Assembly (NCBI RefSeq): GCF_000181795.1
Contig: NW_003526943.1
Coordinates: 188,487 to 252,486, forward strand
DNA from: Trichinella spiralis
Taxonomy: Eukaryota
Length of the DNA stretch: 64,000 nucleotides
Reading direction: 5' to 3'
The position numbers and the translations under genes were made by a program. The notes beneath the pieces were generated by a model. It had not been told where the DNA came from. It was given only the letters and a program-made list of their open reading frames with translations, and did not search any database. Shown here piece after piece: positions 33,503-49,099 of the stretch; within the stretch, counting starts at the first letter, position 1; each line of letters opens with the position of its first letter.

Positions 33503-36500
33503 TTCAAACTTTCAACATAATTTCCTAAACGGAGGATCATATATATGTAATATTTGATTCAAAAAGAAGAGAATGAAACATGTACACACGCATGTAAGCA
33601 ATGTAAGCATGCAAAAATGTTCACAGAGAAAATGAATATAATTTGTGTGTTCAACTTTATCAACAGTCGCAGAATATAAAGTACAAAATTAATGTGGAAA
33701 GAATAATAAAAATAAAATTGATCAATTAGAATAAAGTTGAATAGAAGAATCAGTTGAACGACATGTCGGTTCGACAATGTACAAGCAATGATGATGGTAT
33801 GACGACAAAGAGTTAACAATGAATAAGCAAGCTATAACAGAGACAACAAAATTTCTCACAATTGTTCCCAGATGTAGTGGAAAATAAAGAAATAATGACG
33901 TGACGCTTTTGGCTAGTCAACACGCTTGTGTCTGTCTGTCTGTCTGTCTGTGTCTATGGTAGATTTAGCCGAATAAATGGCAATCGATAAAAATTTTATC
34001 CGCTTTGAACATCACTTTCACCAACGCGTCATTTTAAATTATTTATTTCTGTTCAAATAACTAGCGTAACAGCAGAAGCAGCAGCAAGCAAGCAACACAA
34101 CACACGCGGCTTTTAACTATTATATTATTCAATCTTTCTATTGCTAATAAATAAATGAGCTACGATCGAATAATGCTTCGGTTCAAGAAAAAAAAATTTT
34201 TTTTTTGCCATCAAACAAAATAATATACTTGGCAACAAAATTGCGGAAACAGACAAATTATACTGAACAACGGCCAAAGTCAACAACACGCGACACAATA
34301 ATTTTTTTCTCTTCATTCAGCATTGTAGAGCTCGATTTAAATCGCAGCAGCAGTGTATTTTTGTATTCAATAAACCCCCCCCCTTTCCTCTACCTCTGAC
34401 GTGGCAATTATAAAATTGTAATATTTTCCAATTGCAAACAAACTTGAAATGATATAGGTCAAAAGAAAAACGAACTTGACAAAATGGAAATGACATTTCG
34501 GTTCAAGAACAACAACACGCACGCCCTTTTTTCAATTCAAACGTCACGTTTTCACTTTTTCCACCTTGGGAATGGATATTCTCATCTAATTTACCCATCG
34601 ACTGTATATTTTATTCGATTACAAGCAATATTTCAATTAATAATAAAAAGAAAAATAATAATGACAATCGGTTTTTATTACAAAAATTACCATACGTGCA
34701 ACGTGAAACGATTACTTTTACGACCATGATTCAACCAACACAACACAACACAACAAAGTAAAGAACACAAATTGATACTGGTGATAGTTTTCTGTGCAAA
34801 GTGGGTTGAAAGAAAACTGAAGGTTAAACTGCAAAGGTAAAATAATAATAATAATTGTATAAAAAGTCATTTCACTTTTCACACTGACAACCTTCCTTTC
34901 ACAAATCAACAATACCCGAAAAAACTAGTAAATGTCAAAAAAAAATTTAGACAACTTTGTGAAACTAAACCAAAAAAATAAAAATCTCAACAAGAATGAT
35001 AATATGTAAGCAGCAAAAACTACCTGGAATTTAAATAATAATAAAAAAAATTTTTTAACATTAATTCTTGATTTTCTTTTTTTCGAATAAGTGAGCAACG
35101 ATAAGCAACAAGAGCGTGCAAAAAAAAACATTTTACAGTCAACCATTCGACATCGGATTAAGAACGCACCAAAGAACAACAAACACTGACCGACCTTTCA
35201 TTACTGTAATTTCACCGTCTTGGATCGTGGCGATTAGTTTGCACAAAATTTCATTCAATCTCTCTCACAGGTAAATTTTTAAAATGTGCATATTTTTTTT
35301 AATTCGAAACAAAATGAAAAACTGAAATTAAAATGAAAATAACTGAACAACTGCCAACTGATAATAAGCAGAGAATAATAATCACCTCGATGAAAAATAT
35401 TGAAACAAAAGTAAATTGTATAAAATGGAATCTGAAAGCAAAAGTTCCACACCGAATTTACTTACAGCTAACGAACATCAATTATCACCCAACCCGTGAG
35501 AATTTTACCTACGCACGCCCACGCAGGTAACGATGTTCAACGTTCAGAGATAACGTTTTCAACTTCCTCCACGTCTAGAGACGACAATACACAAACGAAC
35601 ATTCAGCTTCGGGCAAAGTTTTCAACCAAAAACACTGACGACATCCGTTCAACCATCGCTTGCAAGTTGTAATTCACCAACGAATAAATTATAAAATATG
35701 AAAATTATATACTTCCTCAAAATTTATTATTATTTTTTTCCAAATTTAAACTTACGTCATTACTGAGAAACTGAATCATTATTTTATTTATAAAATTGTT
35801 TAATACATTTTCATCTGGTGAGATCGATCAATTCAATGTCTACTGCAAAATTTCAAATTATTCCACATATATAAAATTTCCACATTTCCATCAATAACAG
35901 ACAAGATAATAAATAATGAATAAAATATAATAAAAAATAAGATTGAACATCTTCGAATTTAAAAAAAAAGAAAAAAATAACGATTTCCATCTCAGTAAAC
36001 AATTTTTTCCCCTTTTCAGTTTAAAAATATCTCTTCTTAAATTGTCAAAAAATTCTACAACATAAAATTGGGAAGCGTTTCAAGTTTTCAACAATTTCTC
36101 TGCTTATCAAAGAACAAGATTTGAACACTAAATAATGAATTGATCGATGATCAATTCTGTCATTTGCAATTCAATTCGAACGAAATGATATGGAAAAAAA
36201 AATTATTCAATTAACATACACAAAAATTCTGTTCGGTTGAAATAATCCAAAATCCATGAAAAAAGACAAAAAGCCTTCCATCGAAAGCTTTTAAATATCA
36301 CCGCATAGATAAAAAAAATTATTCATCATGCAGTAATTCTTTTGTTTTTTCAATATAATCAAATGAGCGTTTCACAGACAATCTATTTCTGTTCAATAAT
36401 ATTATCGTTGAAAAATAACAAATAAAAATATTGACACATCCGCATAATCGGATGCTATCTTCAATGGACACCGTTACACAGATAAGAAGTGAATTGTATC

Positions 36501-39500
36501 AATTTTACCAACTTCACTTCATAAGCTAAATGTTTTATTTATTTCAATCGAAAAGAAAAAAAGAACAATCAATTTTTCATTGATAAAAGATAAATCAAAT
36601 TCCCCCCCCCCCCCAACCAATTGAGCAACACTCTGGTCAATTGAATTCAATTTTTACAACAAGATCATTATTCACTTCGTTAGCATAAATTTTCATTATT
36701 CAGAACTAAATTCATTTTAAAATAGCTAAACATAAAAGCATAAAGTTCGTAAAACCAATATAACATTCCATTTCGTTTTTGTTCAAAACTTAAAAAATAT
36801 CAAATGTATTTCTTTGAAATCACAATAACAAAAATGAATTGTATTTATAATTCAAAGCTGGCTGGTTAACTGATCCAAAAAATTACCATTTCCCATTTCA
36901 AACAAAGAAAAACAATTTTCTTCAACCAAATTGACAATGTTAAAAACAAAAATGTGAAATAATTTTTCAACAAACATCAAAATAAATAAATAACAATATG
37001 CGCTTATATTTAAATTAACTTACATTTCAAAGAACAAAATATATTCAAACTTCAAAAAAATATCATACAGTCCAAATACAGATATATGAAAACAAATCCG
37101 ATATTGGAATACAAATATCGAATCAAATTGACATTTTTTTCAAAAAATACAAGAAACTATCGCTACAGTATACATTTTTAAATATTCAAAATCATCTTCT
37201 TAGTAATTTCACAAAAATGAAAAGCATATTTTAAAAGTATGAATACAACTAAAAAACAAAAAAATTCAAAGAAAAAAACTGTTCAATCTTTCCATGCTCA
37301 TAAAACATTTTTTACTTTAATGCAAGCCATCTTTTCCAATGCCACTGAATTTATTATAAAATTCTACATTTTGTAGTGCAAAATAAGAAACCAATTTAGC
37401 AAGAATTAAAAAAAGATACAAGAAATATTATGCCTAACTTTCAAGCTGTTATTAGAAACAAAATTTTATTTAAAAAAATTAATTACTATTAATTTCTTGA
37501 AAACAAAATTTGCAATGCAAAATGTAAAAATGTTCATAATATGCAATAGCTACTTTTTACAATTTGGCAACATCTCGTCAACAAATTATTTAAAATTGGC
37601 ATTTCAATGTTTCTTATTTATCACTGAAACTTCTAAAACCAGATCGCACATACACAGTATTTTCCAATTTTACATTTAATAGCATGCTTGTTGAGAAAAA
37701 AACCAAATGCACAAATATTTTTTACATGACCAATCTAAAAAGAGAAGAAAGAAAATTCAGTTAAATTGAAAATTTCAGTCTAAATTTTTAAAAATATTAA
37801 TGATCAATTCAACAGACGATGTATTTAGAAAATTTGTTTCATTTCTTAAAATCGTCCATTATTAACTAAATTTAAATTTCCATTTCTGTTGCTCTCATCT
37901 TAGAGATGAACATTCTTGCAATACTATGAAGTTCAAACACGAAACTTATTTAAATATGAACTTTAAATTAAAATGTAAAGATAACAGCTTACCAGTGTAC
38001 TTCGTCCATACCAGAAAAGTGACATTATTTCAAAATAAAAATCACATCACTGAAATAACAGTCATCAGTAGTGAAACATGTCAATAAAAAATAAAATTTT
38101 ACAATTAAACTCTGAAAAACAAATTACGCATAAAATATTGTAAATCTATCACTTTCACAAAATGCAAAACCCCTTTTTTACACAAAGATAAACGCAACTG
38201 ATTTACAGTATTAATGATTTTCAAGTTAAAGCACCCACAAACTTTGCTTTGAACATAATTTCAAAGCAACTATTTTTCTATATATTGTTATGAATAAAAT
38301 TTGCAAAACTTTATGAATTCAAAATTTTTTAATTTTGATTACTTTTCTGTTTATTATTATTCGCTATTTACTTATTATCATTAATTTATACATGCATTTT
38401 TTCTATGACCATTTTTGTATTTTACACGCTAAAAAATTTTATTACGAGAAATTTCAATTTTAAATGATGCAATATACAGTAATGTTTCTATATATTTTTT
38501 GGCAATGTATGAATTATGATGCACGAAATACCTTTTAATGGGATAACCAATTCATTTATTTTCCAAATAACTTAATAACTTTTCATTATAAAACATCCAT
38601 ACTCTCAAATCAATTAAAGTATGAAAGAGCTGACTTCAATTATGAAAACTTTACATGCATCAACTAAGACATTCAAAATATTTGCAAATTATTAATCATT
38701 TATTAAATCAAATTTCATCAAGATTCACATTTTAATCTTTTCAGGAAAATGTTGTGCAGTAATAAGGAGATATCAAAATTTAGTGACTTTAAACTATAAA
38801 ATGTCTAGACATCAGTGGGAAAGTTATAAATTTCATGTTTGCTTTACTGCAATCTTTATAATGAAGCACAAATGAATATGTTTTCTGAATTATAACTGTG
38901 CTGCATGTATGTTTTTTTAATGTTAGTGTTGCATGCTGTATTGTTTTTCCAGCAGTAGAATTAAATTGTAAAATTATTGCTTACAGAAACTCTTGATTAT
39001 TAATTTGCTAATTAAAGCAAAATAAAAGTAAAAAATATTATATATTTTTATTTTTGAGGTACAATGATTTTCTTAATCTTACCTTCCTTTCTTAATTTAG
39101 AATAACCGACTTGTCGGTTTTCAAAGCGATAGAATTCTTATCATAGTGATCTGAACAGAACAACAGTTCAGTCGGACCCATGCTAAGATCACTACAATCC
39201 GCAGCGGTACCAACGTTGTTTTTCTTGTTGAATGCAATAACTTCATCGTTGGATGGTTTCAAATCCGCTTCAGTCTGATCAGTCCGTCCGTTCAGTCCAT
39301 AATTGCAATAACAGTGTTGCGGTTACAAAATATAAAAAATCAATTTAAAATTAATTTTTTTCAGTTATTAAAATATATATACATATGTGTGTGTGAGTAT
39401 GTGTGTTTACAGATGCATAAAGTATATGAAAGCATTTTAAGTAATAATATTTTTTACTTAAAAATATTTATGAAATTGTTTCACTTGTATTTCATTATGC

Positions 39501-42195
39501 ATTTTAATTGTTATCCATTAATTCTTTTTAAATTTTTGCTGTGAACAAAACTATTTCTTAATTATATATTTCTCTGTATTTATTAACTGAAACAAACTAA
39601 CTGCGCAATAGACGTTTCTGAATTAGTTGATTTACATAATGATGATGTTTCATAATATTGGTTGAATTTATATATATCTATATGTCCATATTTGCTATCA
39701 GTTTAATGAAAATTTATGCATGCCAAATTTATGCAGTTGTTTACAGTTGTTTTGAGTTAAAGCATGTTAGAAAACAAATATTGCAGTGCACTGATTGAAC
39801 AGTCCGTCAATCTATTGATTTTCATTGTTGCTGGACAATCAAGCTGTAATTGGATTGCTCAAACGCCTACATCACCAAAGCAAGCGAAGATAGCAAATAT
39901 TAACTGTCAATAAATAAAATTCCAGTGTTTGCCATTTAAAAGCTTGATTTGGGGTCATCTTTTGAAATCCCAGAAATCCCGTACATCAGCATTTTTCTAA
40001 AATTATTCTAAAAAATGCTCAGGTAAAATTGTTACATTTATTTAAAAAATCAGAATACCATTGTGTGAATATTGAGAATTAAATTTTGCTTAAAGAAAAT
40101 TTAAGAATTAATGCTGAGATTTGAACTTAATTTTTTGCCTTCATTTTTGAAAAATCAATTTATTAATTATCAAGATAGCATAATTAACTGCAAATTGCAA
40201 AATTTGAACAATAAGACTTCTATATTAGTTTTTTTGATTTAATATTTGATTTTCAATTAAGTTATGCATCATGAAAAGTTATGCTGCTGTTAATTTATTT
40301 GTTTTCAAACAAGAAAAAAGAACTGCTATTTCAAAAATGCTCTTCATCATGGGGTTGCTCTACGATTTCAAATTCTACCCAAAAATACTTTAATTGCGTC
40401 TATTTCAAAGGGTGCATCTTTCGTATTGTCAAGTAATGGAAAATTCTACCCTTTGGCATCACAACTCATTTGCCACATCTGACAAGACCACCAACAATTT
40501 TCAAATATAATTTTTTTTGTTTACTTGTTTGAATATATTTTAAAGCGTTTCTTTCTCATCATAATCTTCTTCTAAGCATATATTTCTTTTGCATTATTTT
40601 TTTAATGTATTAAGCGCAATAGGCAGACTTTACCGATATATATTTTTCTAGAAATAATTGCTAAATAAGCAAGCATCACTACCAGCAAGTAAGCACGGCA
40701 AGCATTTATACTGAATTTTTTTCTTCTTTTTCTTCAAATAAAGGATTTTCCCGGTTCCAGGGAGTCACAAAATTATTATTAAAAATATAAATAGATAAAA
40801 ATAAATTGCACAGTATTGCAGTTTCTTCTTTTGTTGAATTGCATCAACTGATTGAAAAAATATATATATTAATTTTTTGTGCTGCTTTTTTTTTATTTTG
40901 AATGAATCAGCAACATTCTTAATGCGTTTAAAGCATTCTTGTTGTTCGCATCGTGATTATATTTAGTATTTTTTAAATTAAAGAATATGCATATTTAAAA
41001 AAATATTTCCCCCTTTATAGAAAATATTAAAAAAATTATTACTGTATGAAATTGAAAAAATAATTTTTGTTCAATATCTAAATCATTTAGCATTGCTTTG
41101 AAAAAAATAGTAAAAGCGGCTATATTTATGCTTCAATGTGAATTTCAATTTTAGAAAAGAAATCATTATTTTGCAAGTGGGCCTTTTAAAAATTGCTCAA
41201 TTTTATTAAAAATTACGTTTTAATTGAAATTTATTTTCAAAAATATGCAATGCAAAAATTTGAGATGCAACTTTTCCATCATTAATTGCATTGCAAATTA
41301 AAAATGAGTGAATACAAAGAAAGAAATTAGTTTTATTTATTTGATTCTTTTTTCTTTCAAATTTCCATCTTTGGCCAATGATATTATTAAAATTTCGAAA
41401 TTTGATTTTGCATGAAATAAATTTTAGCTCAGTTTTTAGCTTTTTTTAAATATATTTATTTATTTATATGTACTTGCTTAATGTTTAAAAAAATACATCA
41501 AAACATTGTAATAATAACATGTGTTCCCTAAACAAATGTGTATTAAAAAATATTAAAATTATTGACGACAGATGAAATGGATAATGAAATTAAATCCGCC
41601 TTTTCTTTATTCATTAAAGTTTTTTTCGAATTTAAGCACAATCATGTAAATCAAAATAGCATTCAATTGTAAATCAGTCCACTTCAGTGTTGACTGATCA
41701 AACACACTTCATACTGAATAACCGATGAATTATTTGAAAGAAGGGGCGGCATCTCTTAAGTAAGCAGTTTCCAAATATTCACTGTAATGGAACAAAAGGC
41801 ATCTCTCATCATGAATATCTATAATTAAAGCAAGCAACCAATCAATCATGCACAAAATTACAATAATATTATTGTATAGAAAAAGCAAGGAAAATGCTAT
41901 CCAGATAAACTTCTATTCTACAGAAATTCTCTTTTACATTTGATTACAATATCTATAATTTTCATTATCATTACAACATACAAGATTATATTTTATTTAT
42001 TTATTTCCTGGTTTTATACTGAACTGTTAGATAAAATATTAGTCAGTATAAGAACTGTAAGAAGCTGAATTTAAATTAAAAATTCTTCAAGTTGAACAAA
42101 ATATTGAAACATTTGAATATATATATTCTGATTCAATGTTTGTCTAAAACATTTATTATTATAATAAAGCAAAACAAAATAAAATAAAATAAATA

Positions 42196-42200
<5 letters not shown>

Positions 42201-42227
<27 letters not shown>
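42201..42227. repeat. (TA)n microsatellite
   Basis: Direct reading of the sequence. Confidence 0.95.
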
Positions 42228-42230
<3 letters not shown>

Positions 42231-45200
42231 TTCTTATAAACGTATAGCATACATATAAGCTACAAGAAATGTAACTGCATATTTTCACAAAAGTGATTTA
42301 TTAATAGAATGATTTTTAAAATAAAGTGGAAAAAACGGCTTAATTTAGGAGGTATGAGTTATTGGTTTTTTCTTTTTTAGCATTGTATAGCACTCAGCAA
42401 AATTTATGTAGAAGGATGATTTTTTATAAATGAAATTATGAAGCATATAGAGTGTTTCTGGAAATAAATATTGAATTGAGCATATTACATAAGAGTTCTC
42501 CTGAACAGTAGACAAGTACTAATCACAAATCGATTTATTTTATGTCAATTTAATATGCTGCTTCCGTTGATGACATGTCAATGTTAAAAGTGTTTATTTA
42601 TTATAAGAAAATATGTAAAGAGCTGTATTTCTTCCCTGATTATTGGATTTTATTTTCAAAACTTCCTTTAGATCTTAAAGTATTTTATTTTTCAACTATA
42701 GTTGAATTTGTTTGGTAAGTCATGAATCATCACTGTGCTTTTTTTTCATCAATGACTGCTCATTTTTCCAACTATTCTTTGAAACATTAATTATTTTTAT
42801 AGAAATATGCTTAATTTTATATAAAATGTTTTTAATGATAGAGATTACTTCAATTTCTCTTCGTATACAGCAGTTGAACTGGAGAACATGGATTAAGAAC
42901 TAAATTGAAGAATAAAAAATTAATACCATTTGCATTATTATTATGATTATAAAGTATTACATTAATAGCAATATTTCATTAATGTGGTTTGTTCTCATAG
43001 TTCATACTTTTCATATACAGCTTAAAGAGGTACTTGGTATCAAATGAATACAAGCATATGTTGTGAATTGTATTTTTTCAAAGCTAAAAAATTTAAATTC
43101 TTTAACTCTTGTGTTAAATGAATGAAATACAATTTTAATTCATCGTTTGTTTCTACAGCAAAAGGATTATGTTTTTCAAGAAAATGATATACTTATTTTT
43201 AAGTGAAAACTTTTTGTTAGTCGAAAAAAATCATAATTAGCAATATGGCAATTTTAAAAGAAGATATTTTTAAGACAAACTATTGGCCAGTGACAAATCC
43301 TTTCATTTACGCCGATGCATTTCAGAAAAACTTTTGAAACGCGTCAATTTTGACATCAAACAAGAAATTACGTTGTTAACAATTCATATATTTCCCTAAA
43401 GAGATGTCAATTTTTAGTTTTTTTTCCTTTTTTTCGTTTGGTCTGCTAGCTGAACTTGCCACTACTAGCCATTCATTGTTCAACAAGTTTACTTTGAGAA
43501 GTGTTGAAACCTCCATTTCTTAATTTTTTAATTACATAATTTATGCAAATAATTATGAAAAATATAGTTAATTAGTAATAACAGTAAACGATTTATAAAA
43601 ATAATAATAAATAGTTAACAAATTCTAAATAAAATTATAAAATGTATTTGAAAAAACAATATATAATATTTATGCAAATAAGGAAGTAGCTTTTTTTCTT
43701 ATTTTATTTTTGATGAAACAGCATTTTTCGTGCAGTAGTACGTGAACAAAGAGTTTCTTTGAAAATTAGTAACGTGCTTGTTGGAATAAATTTTGAACTT
43801 GGCGCTGAGGGAAAGACGAACCCCAGTTAGAAGCAAGAAGTTTATTATATATAATTTGCATTCATAAGTTGATGACGTGTAAAAATGCTACAGCTGACGT
43901 GTACATCAACTTAAAATTGATAGAAGCAGTAGTCATCGGGGCCGTTGTCAACAGCTAATAAGTGAAATCTTGCGACCCAGGACAAAACAATCACGACATT
44001 AAGCATGCAGCAGATGCGTATTATTCAATTTTGACGAATTCCGGAAAAGTTTTGGAATCAAAATGTTTGAATATTTGATAGTTGGATAAAATTTAATGGA
44101 CAAAACGAAAATGTTGAATTTATTCAATAAAGTGCCATTTATTGAACACAAGAAAACTGAAGTGTTCATCATCCCGTATATTTCCTTAATAGCGACAATG
44201 CAGATAACGGTAGGAAAATTTTTTGTGATTCATTCACAATATTTGACCAATTAATGCTTATAAAATTTATAAAACCTTGAATTTCATAAAAATCAAAGTC
44301 AGAGCAATGAAAAATTTCCCTAATTTATTCTATTAAAAAGCTAAACCACTGTGAAAATATTAATGATTGTTTCTCTTTCTTTTGATTAGTTCAGTTTATT
44401 TCAATTATATAAATCCATCGTGAAAATTTAATTCATTTATTATTATATTTATTTCAAAACTTTTTTAATATAAAATGAGCAAATCTTTTATTTTATATAT
44501 CTAATAATTTATGCTCAACTATAAACTGACTGTTTTAATAATTCATGGTCAATGGCATATTATGCACTTTTCACATTTGTTGTATATGGTGTACCATCGA
44601 GACAAGCTAATATATTTTTTAAAAGTAAAATAAAATAGACTATCATCTGCTGACAGATATTGACGTAAAAATGAAAATTTACTGCTTTCATTTTCACTGG
44701 CCGGAAGAAATCTTTTTGGCATCAAAATGCAACGTTCATCACCAACATATATGTTGGGCAAATTTTTTTTACAAAGATGCTTTGATTTATAATCAAATAA
44801 TACGGAAATTCATTGCTTTCTGAAAAAGTTTTTATTTCATATTCATTGTTGACATTAGCAATCATGCTCACAAAATATTTTTGAGAAGAAATGTTTTACC
44901 AACTTGCCCTCAGCGGATGATATAAGCAACATCATCATTTCATATCTACAGTATGTGAAGCACATTTTGTAATGTTACTTTTTGCAAGGTTTTGTAGATT
45001 GTGTTGAAGTTGGATTGAAAGCTAAACAGAAAGTTTTATAGAAAAAGTTTCATAATTGCATCTGTATCTGACTGAAAATTTAAAGTACCAGAATCACTTT
45101 TATGTCCGTAATGCTAAATCAGCGTATAAATTTGTCCCAGCACAGCTGATGAAATTTAATGAAGTATTTGAAGCTGCAGAAGATTTCATGAATTCTTGAT

Positions 45201-48200
45201 TTTTAAATTACAAATCAATAATGAGTAAGTTAAATTCTAAACTTTAATGAAAATGATTTTTTTGAATTTTCTTAATAGATTTTGACTTAATCTTAATGAT
45301 GACAGTCGAAAAATTGAATTAAAGCAATCAAAGAAATTTTGTTAAATATTACTAATTTCACATATCTATGTCGTGAACTTTTAAATTAATTTGAATGTTA
45401 AATTTATTCGCAGCATTTTATAAACTACTGATATCAATAAATACGTTGACATCTATTCATGTAGGCAATATTTAGAATTTTTAAGTTTTCTTCATATTTT
45501 TTTATTTGTTGTTTCCTTTTTATTAAAATTTATCATATATGCATAATTTCAAAACAAACAGAAGTTACTGCAAATGCATAATAGTATTACAGAAAAAAAT
45601 GACAAGTTTATTATATTTTATGAGCAATTAATTGCCAGACGAATTAATATTATAATCGTTTATGTCAGAAAAAATAGAAATTAATAAATGTCTGATGATT
45701 TAATAAATATATTTATATTTATAATGTTCAAAAATTAGCTATTTTTTATTGTTAAATTTAAACTGTCAACTTCCTGAATATTGACAAATTGCTAATAAAA
45801 ATGCGATTTAAGCTTAAATTTCAAATAAACATTTCAGATTTTATTTGCTGCTGAATTAAAGTGTGCTAGCTTCATTCTCATTCAAACTTTTATGATTATT
45901 TGCCATTTTTTATTTTGTTACATTGCTTTCTTAAAATATTTTTTCATTTTGATAGTTTAAATAATTTTCACATTATTTTCCTCTTATCAATGAAGCGCTT
46001 TGTTTTTCTGTATGCACCCGTGAAACAATGCTATTTCATTCTTTTGTTTGTATGTTGAATCATTAAAGTGAAGGAAATCACTGACTTTATTCAATTGCAA
46101 TGAAGTCTGCCTTTGTAGAATGACAATAAAAGCCGTTTCCATTTTCCTATATAATAATATTCACTAACTGATTTTGCTCAAAACATGAGAAAGATGAGAA
46201 CAATAACAATGTAAACAGTCAACTAAGATTAAAGAGAGAATATGTGCATTTCAAAATATCTTTTGCGTGAACTGTGTGAAAGGCTATGTAGAATCAAGAT
46301 CAGAATATGCACTGAGAAAAATCATTTAATTATAACTCATTCTATTGAAATTTAAACATTTGTAAGTTTTTCTTCACTATTATTAAAATTAACATAAAAC
46401 AACTGCATTATACTTTTTATAGATTTCTATTCTATGCATTATATATATAGAACGGGTATCCTTTGCAACAATGTTACACACTGTCATGATTTGGATTGAC
46501 GAATAAATTTCTTGGTTTAGGGTTTGGCAATGAAAAATGTTTTTTTTTCTACAACATTTCGTAATGTCCTTTTATTATACCACAACCAATATGCAGAAAT
46601 CAGATAGATGCTTACGTAGTGTTGTCGTAAATCTTTCAATAGCACCTGACGTGAGCTTTAGCAATAATTAGTTTTCCTGCCACTCAATAATCATTCTTTA
46701 CGTTTCTACTTGTTTTGCATTCAACTTTCGTTTACATAAGAAAAATTTTTATTATTCATCTACGATAAAAATTTCTTATGATGAATAAGTTGATATCTGC
46801 GTCGTTTGGACTACATTTACTGTATTTTAATGATACATTAATAATTGCACTTTCCATTTAATGTTGCTTTTCGATTGTAAGAGTGGCAATTTAATTAAAC
46901 AATAATAATATATATTTTTACAAATAATTAAACAGCTAGTCAACATAATCAATAAATATGTTGATCTGTTGCACAGTGAGATTTGAAAAATAAAAAACAA
47001 TTCTGTGATTCATAATACCTATACCTGCAGTAGCAGCAGTCTGTTATTTGCATAGCCATCGTATGTAGTTATGCATTGATAGAATTCAAATGATATAAAA
47101 ATAAAGATTATAAGCATTGAAAAACAATTTAATTCAAAGGAGAAAAAAATCACTTAGTCGCTTGAATAGCAGATGGCAAAAATTCCATCAACTGAGAGTC
47201 AACGTATTCTAAAATTCTACTTTTCATTGGTCTTTGCATTGTTATCGTTTTGTTGCTTGTTGCAAGCTCTTTTTTTTCCTCGATTGATTTGAGCACAAAT
47301 CTAAGTTGGTTTGCTTTTATACAGTTTAATTTCGAACTTCAACATCAACAGAAAGAGTTAAGTTCTAACGGCTTTTTATGGGAATCAGATTTGGAATACA
47401 TATTTCATTATTTCTGAGGTAATATTGTTTTTTAAATAAAATACACATATAACGGTTTGTCGAAATTATCAGATAATGCTTTATAAACACAGTTAATTGC
47501 TAATTACAATGTTGTGATAATTGTTTGCTCATTTATGAACATAAAGAAAAAAACCACAAACAAAATTGGCTAGTTGCTGTTTTTTAATATTGCATCTCAG
47601 TATGTACATGTGATTTGTCATCGCTTTCGCAGCTTATCATGTGAAAAATGATGTTGCTTTAAAATAAGAAATGCAATAGATGTCATATTTGTAAATTAGG
47701 CAATTAATTAAAATTAAAAGTGAAACAAAATTGCTAACAAGCAAGCAAGCAAGCATCAGAAAAACACGTAACCATTTGAAAATTAATCATAAATTAGTCA
47801 GCTGCACTAACAAATACGAATTCAGTGGACAAGTTGATTTAATTTGCTTTGTCTGCATTTTTGCTCTTTGATGTCTAATATAAACTTCACACCCATATTC
47901 AAAATCCACACGATGATTTAAAATTAATTAGTTGCATGATAAAGCACAATTTGAAATATTTTCCTATCAAAAATAATAAACATGAATTAATTGTATATTA
48001 TAGTAAAAATCGATACAATTGTTGTTTTTTTTAAATATAATTTAATAACTTGCGCATAATTTATATCAAATAGCAATATTTCTCTGATTGACTACAGCAT
48101 TTAAAAGAGTTGAGTTTGATTAGAATGAAGTTTTGTTTTACTTTTGTTTTGGCACTTTTTTGTTAATTGAAGCTAAATGAAAGCTATTTTCCAGCGTTGG

Positions 48201-49043
48201 TAAATGTTTTCAGTTTTGAATTCTCCAATTACAGTTTCAATTTATTTTGATTGTGGTAGCCTTGCTTTAAATTGTTTAGCTAAATTTGCAATCTGCAAAA
48301 TTTGTAACCCACCGTGGCAGCACATGCGCGCGTTTGCAACTTTGATAAAAAGCAAAGCACGCAGACCTTCTAAAATCTAATAAGCTATTGACGAGAACTT
48401 TCTTTTTTTTCCACAATCAAGTGTCCGAAAATTGCTCTCTATGAAATTCTAACAATATTTCGTTCTCGTTTCTGAAGCTGAAATGTGTCCATTCAACTTC
48501 TTCATTGTTGTTCTGCTTGTATGCAAAACGTACTCATACACATACACACACGCAGCTTATATATATTTGAATAAAGTTTTGTTCAGTTGCTCAGTAGTGA
48601 AATATCAAAATGCACAGATAAAATTGAAGATTTATTTTTGTTATTGATTTGAAAATTCTTCGCTACTGATAACAGAAACGTATTGTCATTAAAACTTATG
48701 CAACGAAAAATTGCAGAGGCAATTTGCACACAACATCCATTCCAACAGCTGTCCTTTTCAAATTTCTACAATTTAATAAATTATTCATTGTTTGATAATT
48801 TTGCATTTGACTTTAAAATATGACTTGTTTGCTTTTAATTTTCTATTAACATCACATAACTGATGAATAATAATGTGCAAAGAAGAACATTCTGCAACTT
48901 TACAATAAGTGCTATGTTTTTTCAATTTTCCAACAACAAGTCAAATATTAAAAAAATTTTCAGTTTTTGACTGAAAATTTAAGAGTATTTCAATTTTCTT
49001 TATTTTTTATGTATTAAGTTTCTTTATTACGCAAATCTGAAAA

Positions 49044-49049
<6 letters not shown>

Positions 49050-49095
<46 letters not shown>
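49050..49095. repeat. (TA)n microsatellite
   Basis: Direct reading of the sequence. Confidence 0.95.

Positions 49096-49099
<4 letters not shown>

Noticed and set aside
27621..35500. miRNA seed-like strings (TATCACAG at 27621, TGGAATGTA at ~29727, AACCCGT at 35491)
   Set aside because: Only the seed matches; there is no full mature sequence or precursor hairpin.
45140..45180. CTGATGA..GAA as a hammerhead ribozyme core
   Set aside because: There is no GAAA after a proper stem II, and no stems I/III.
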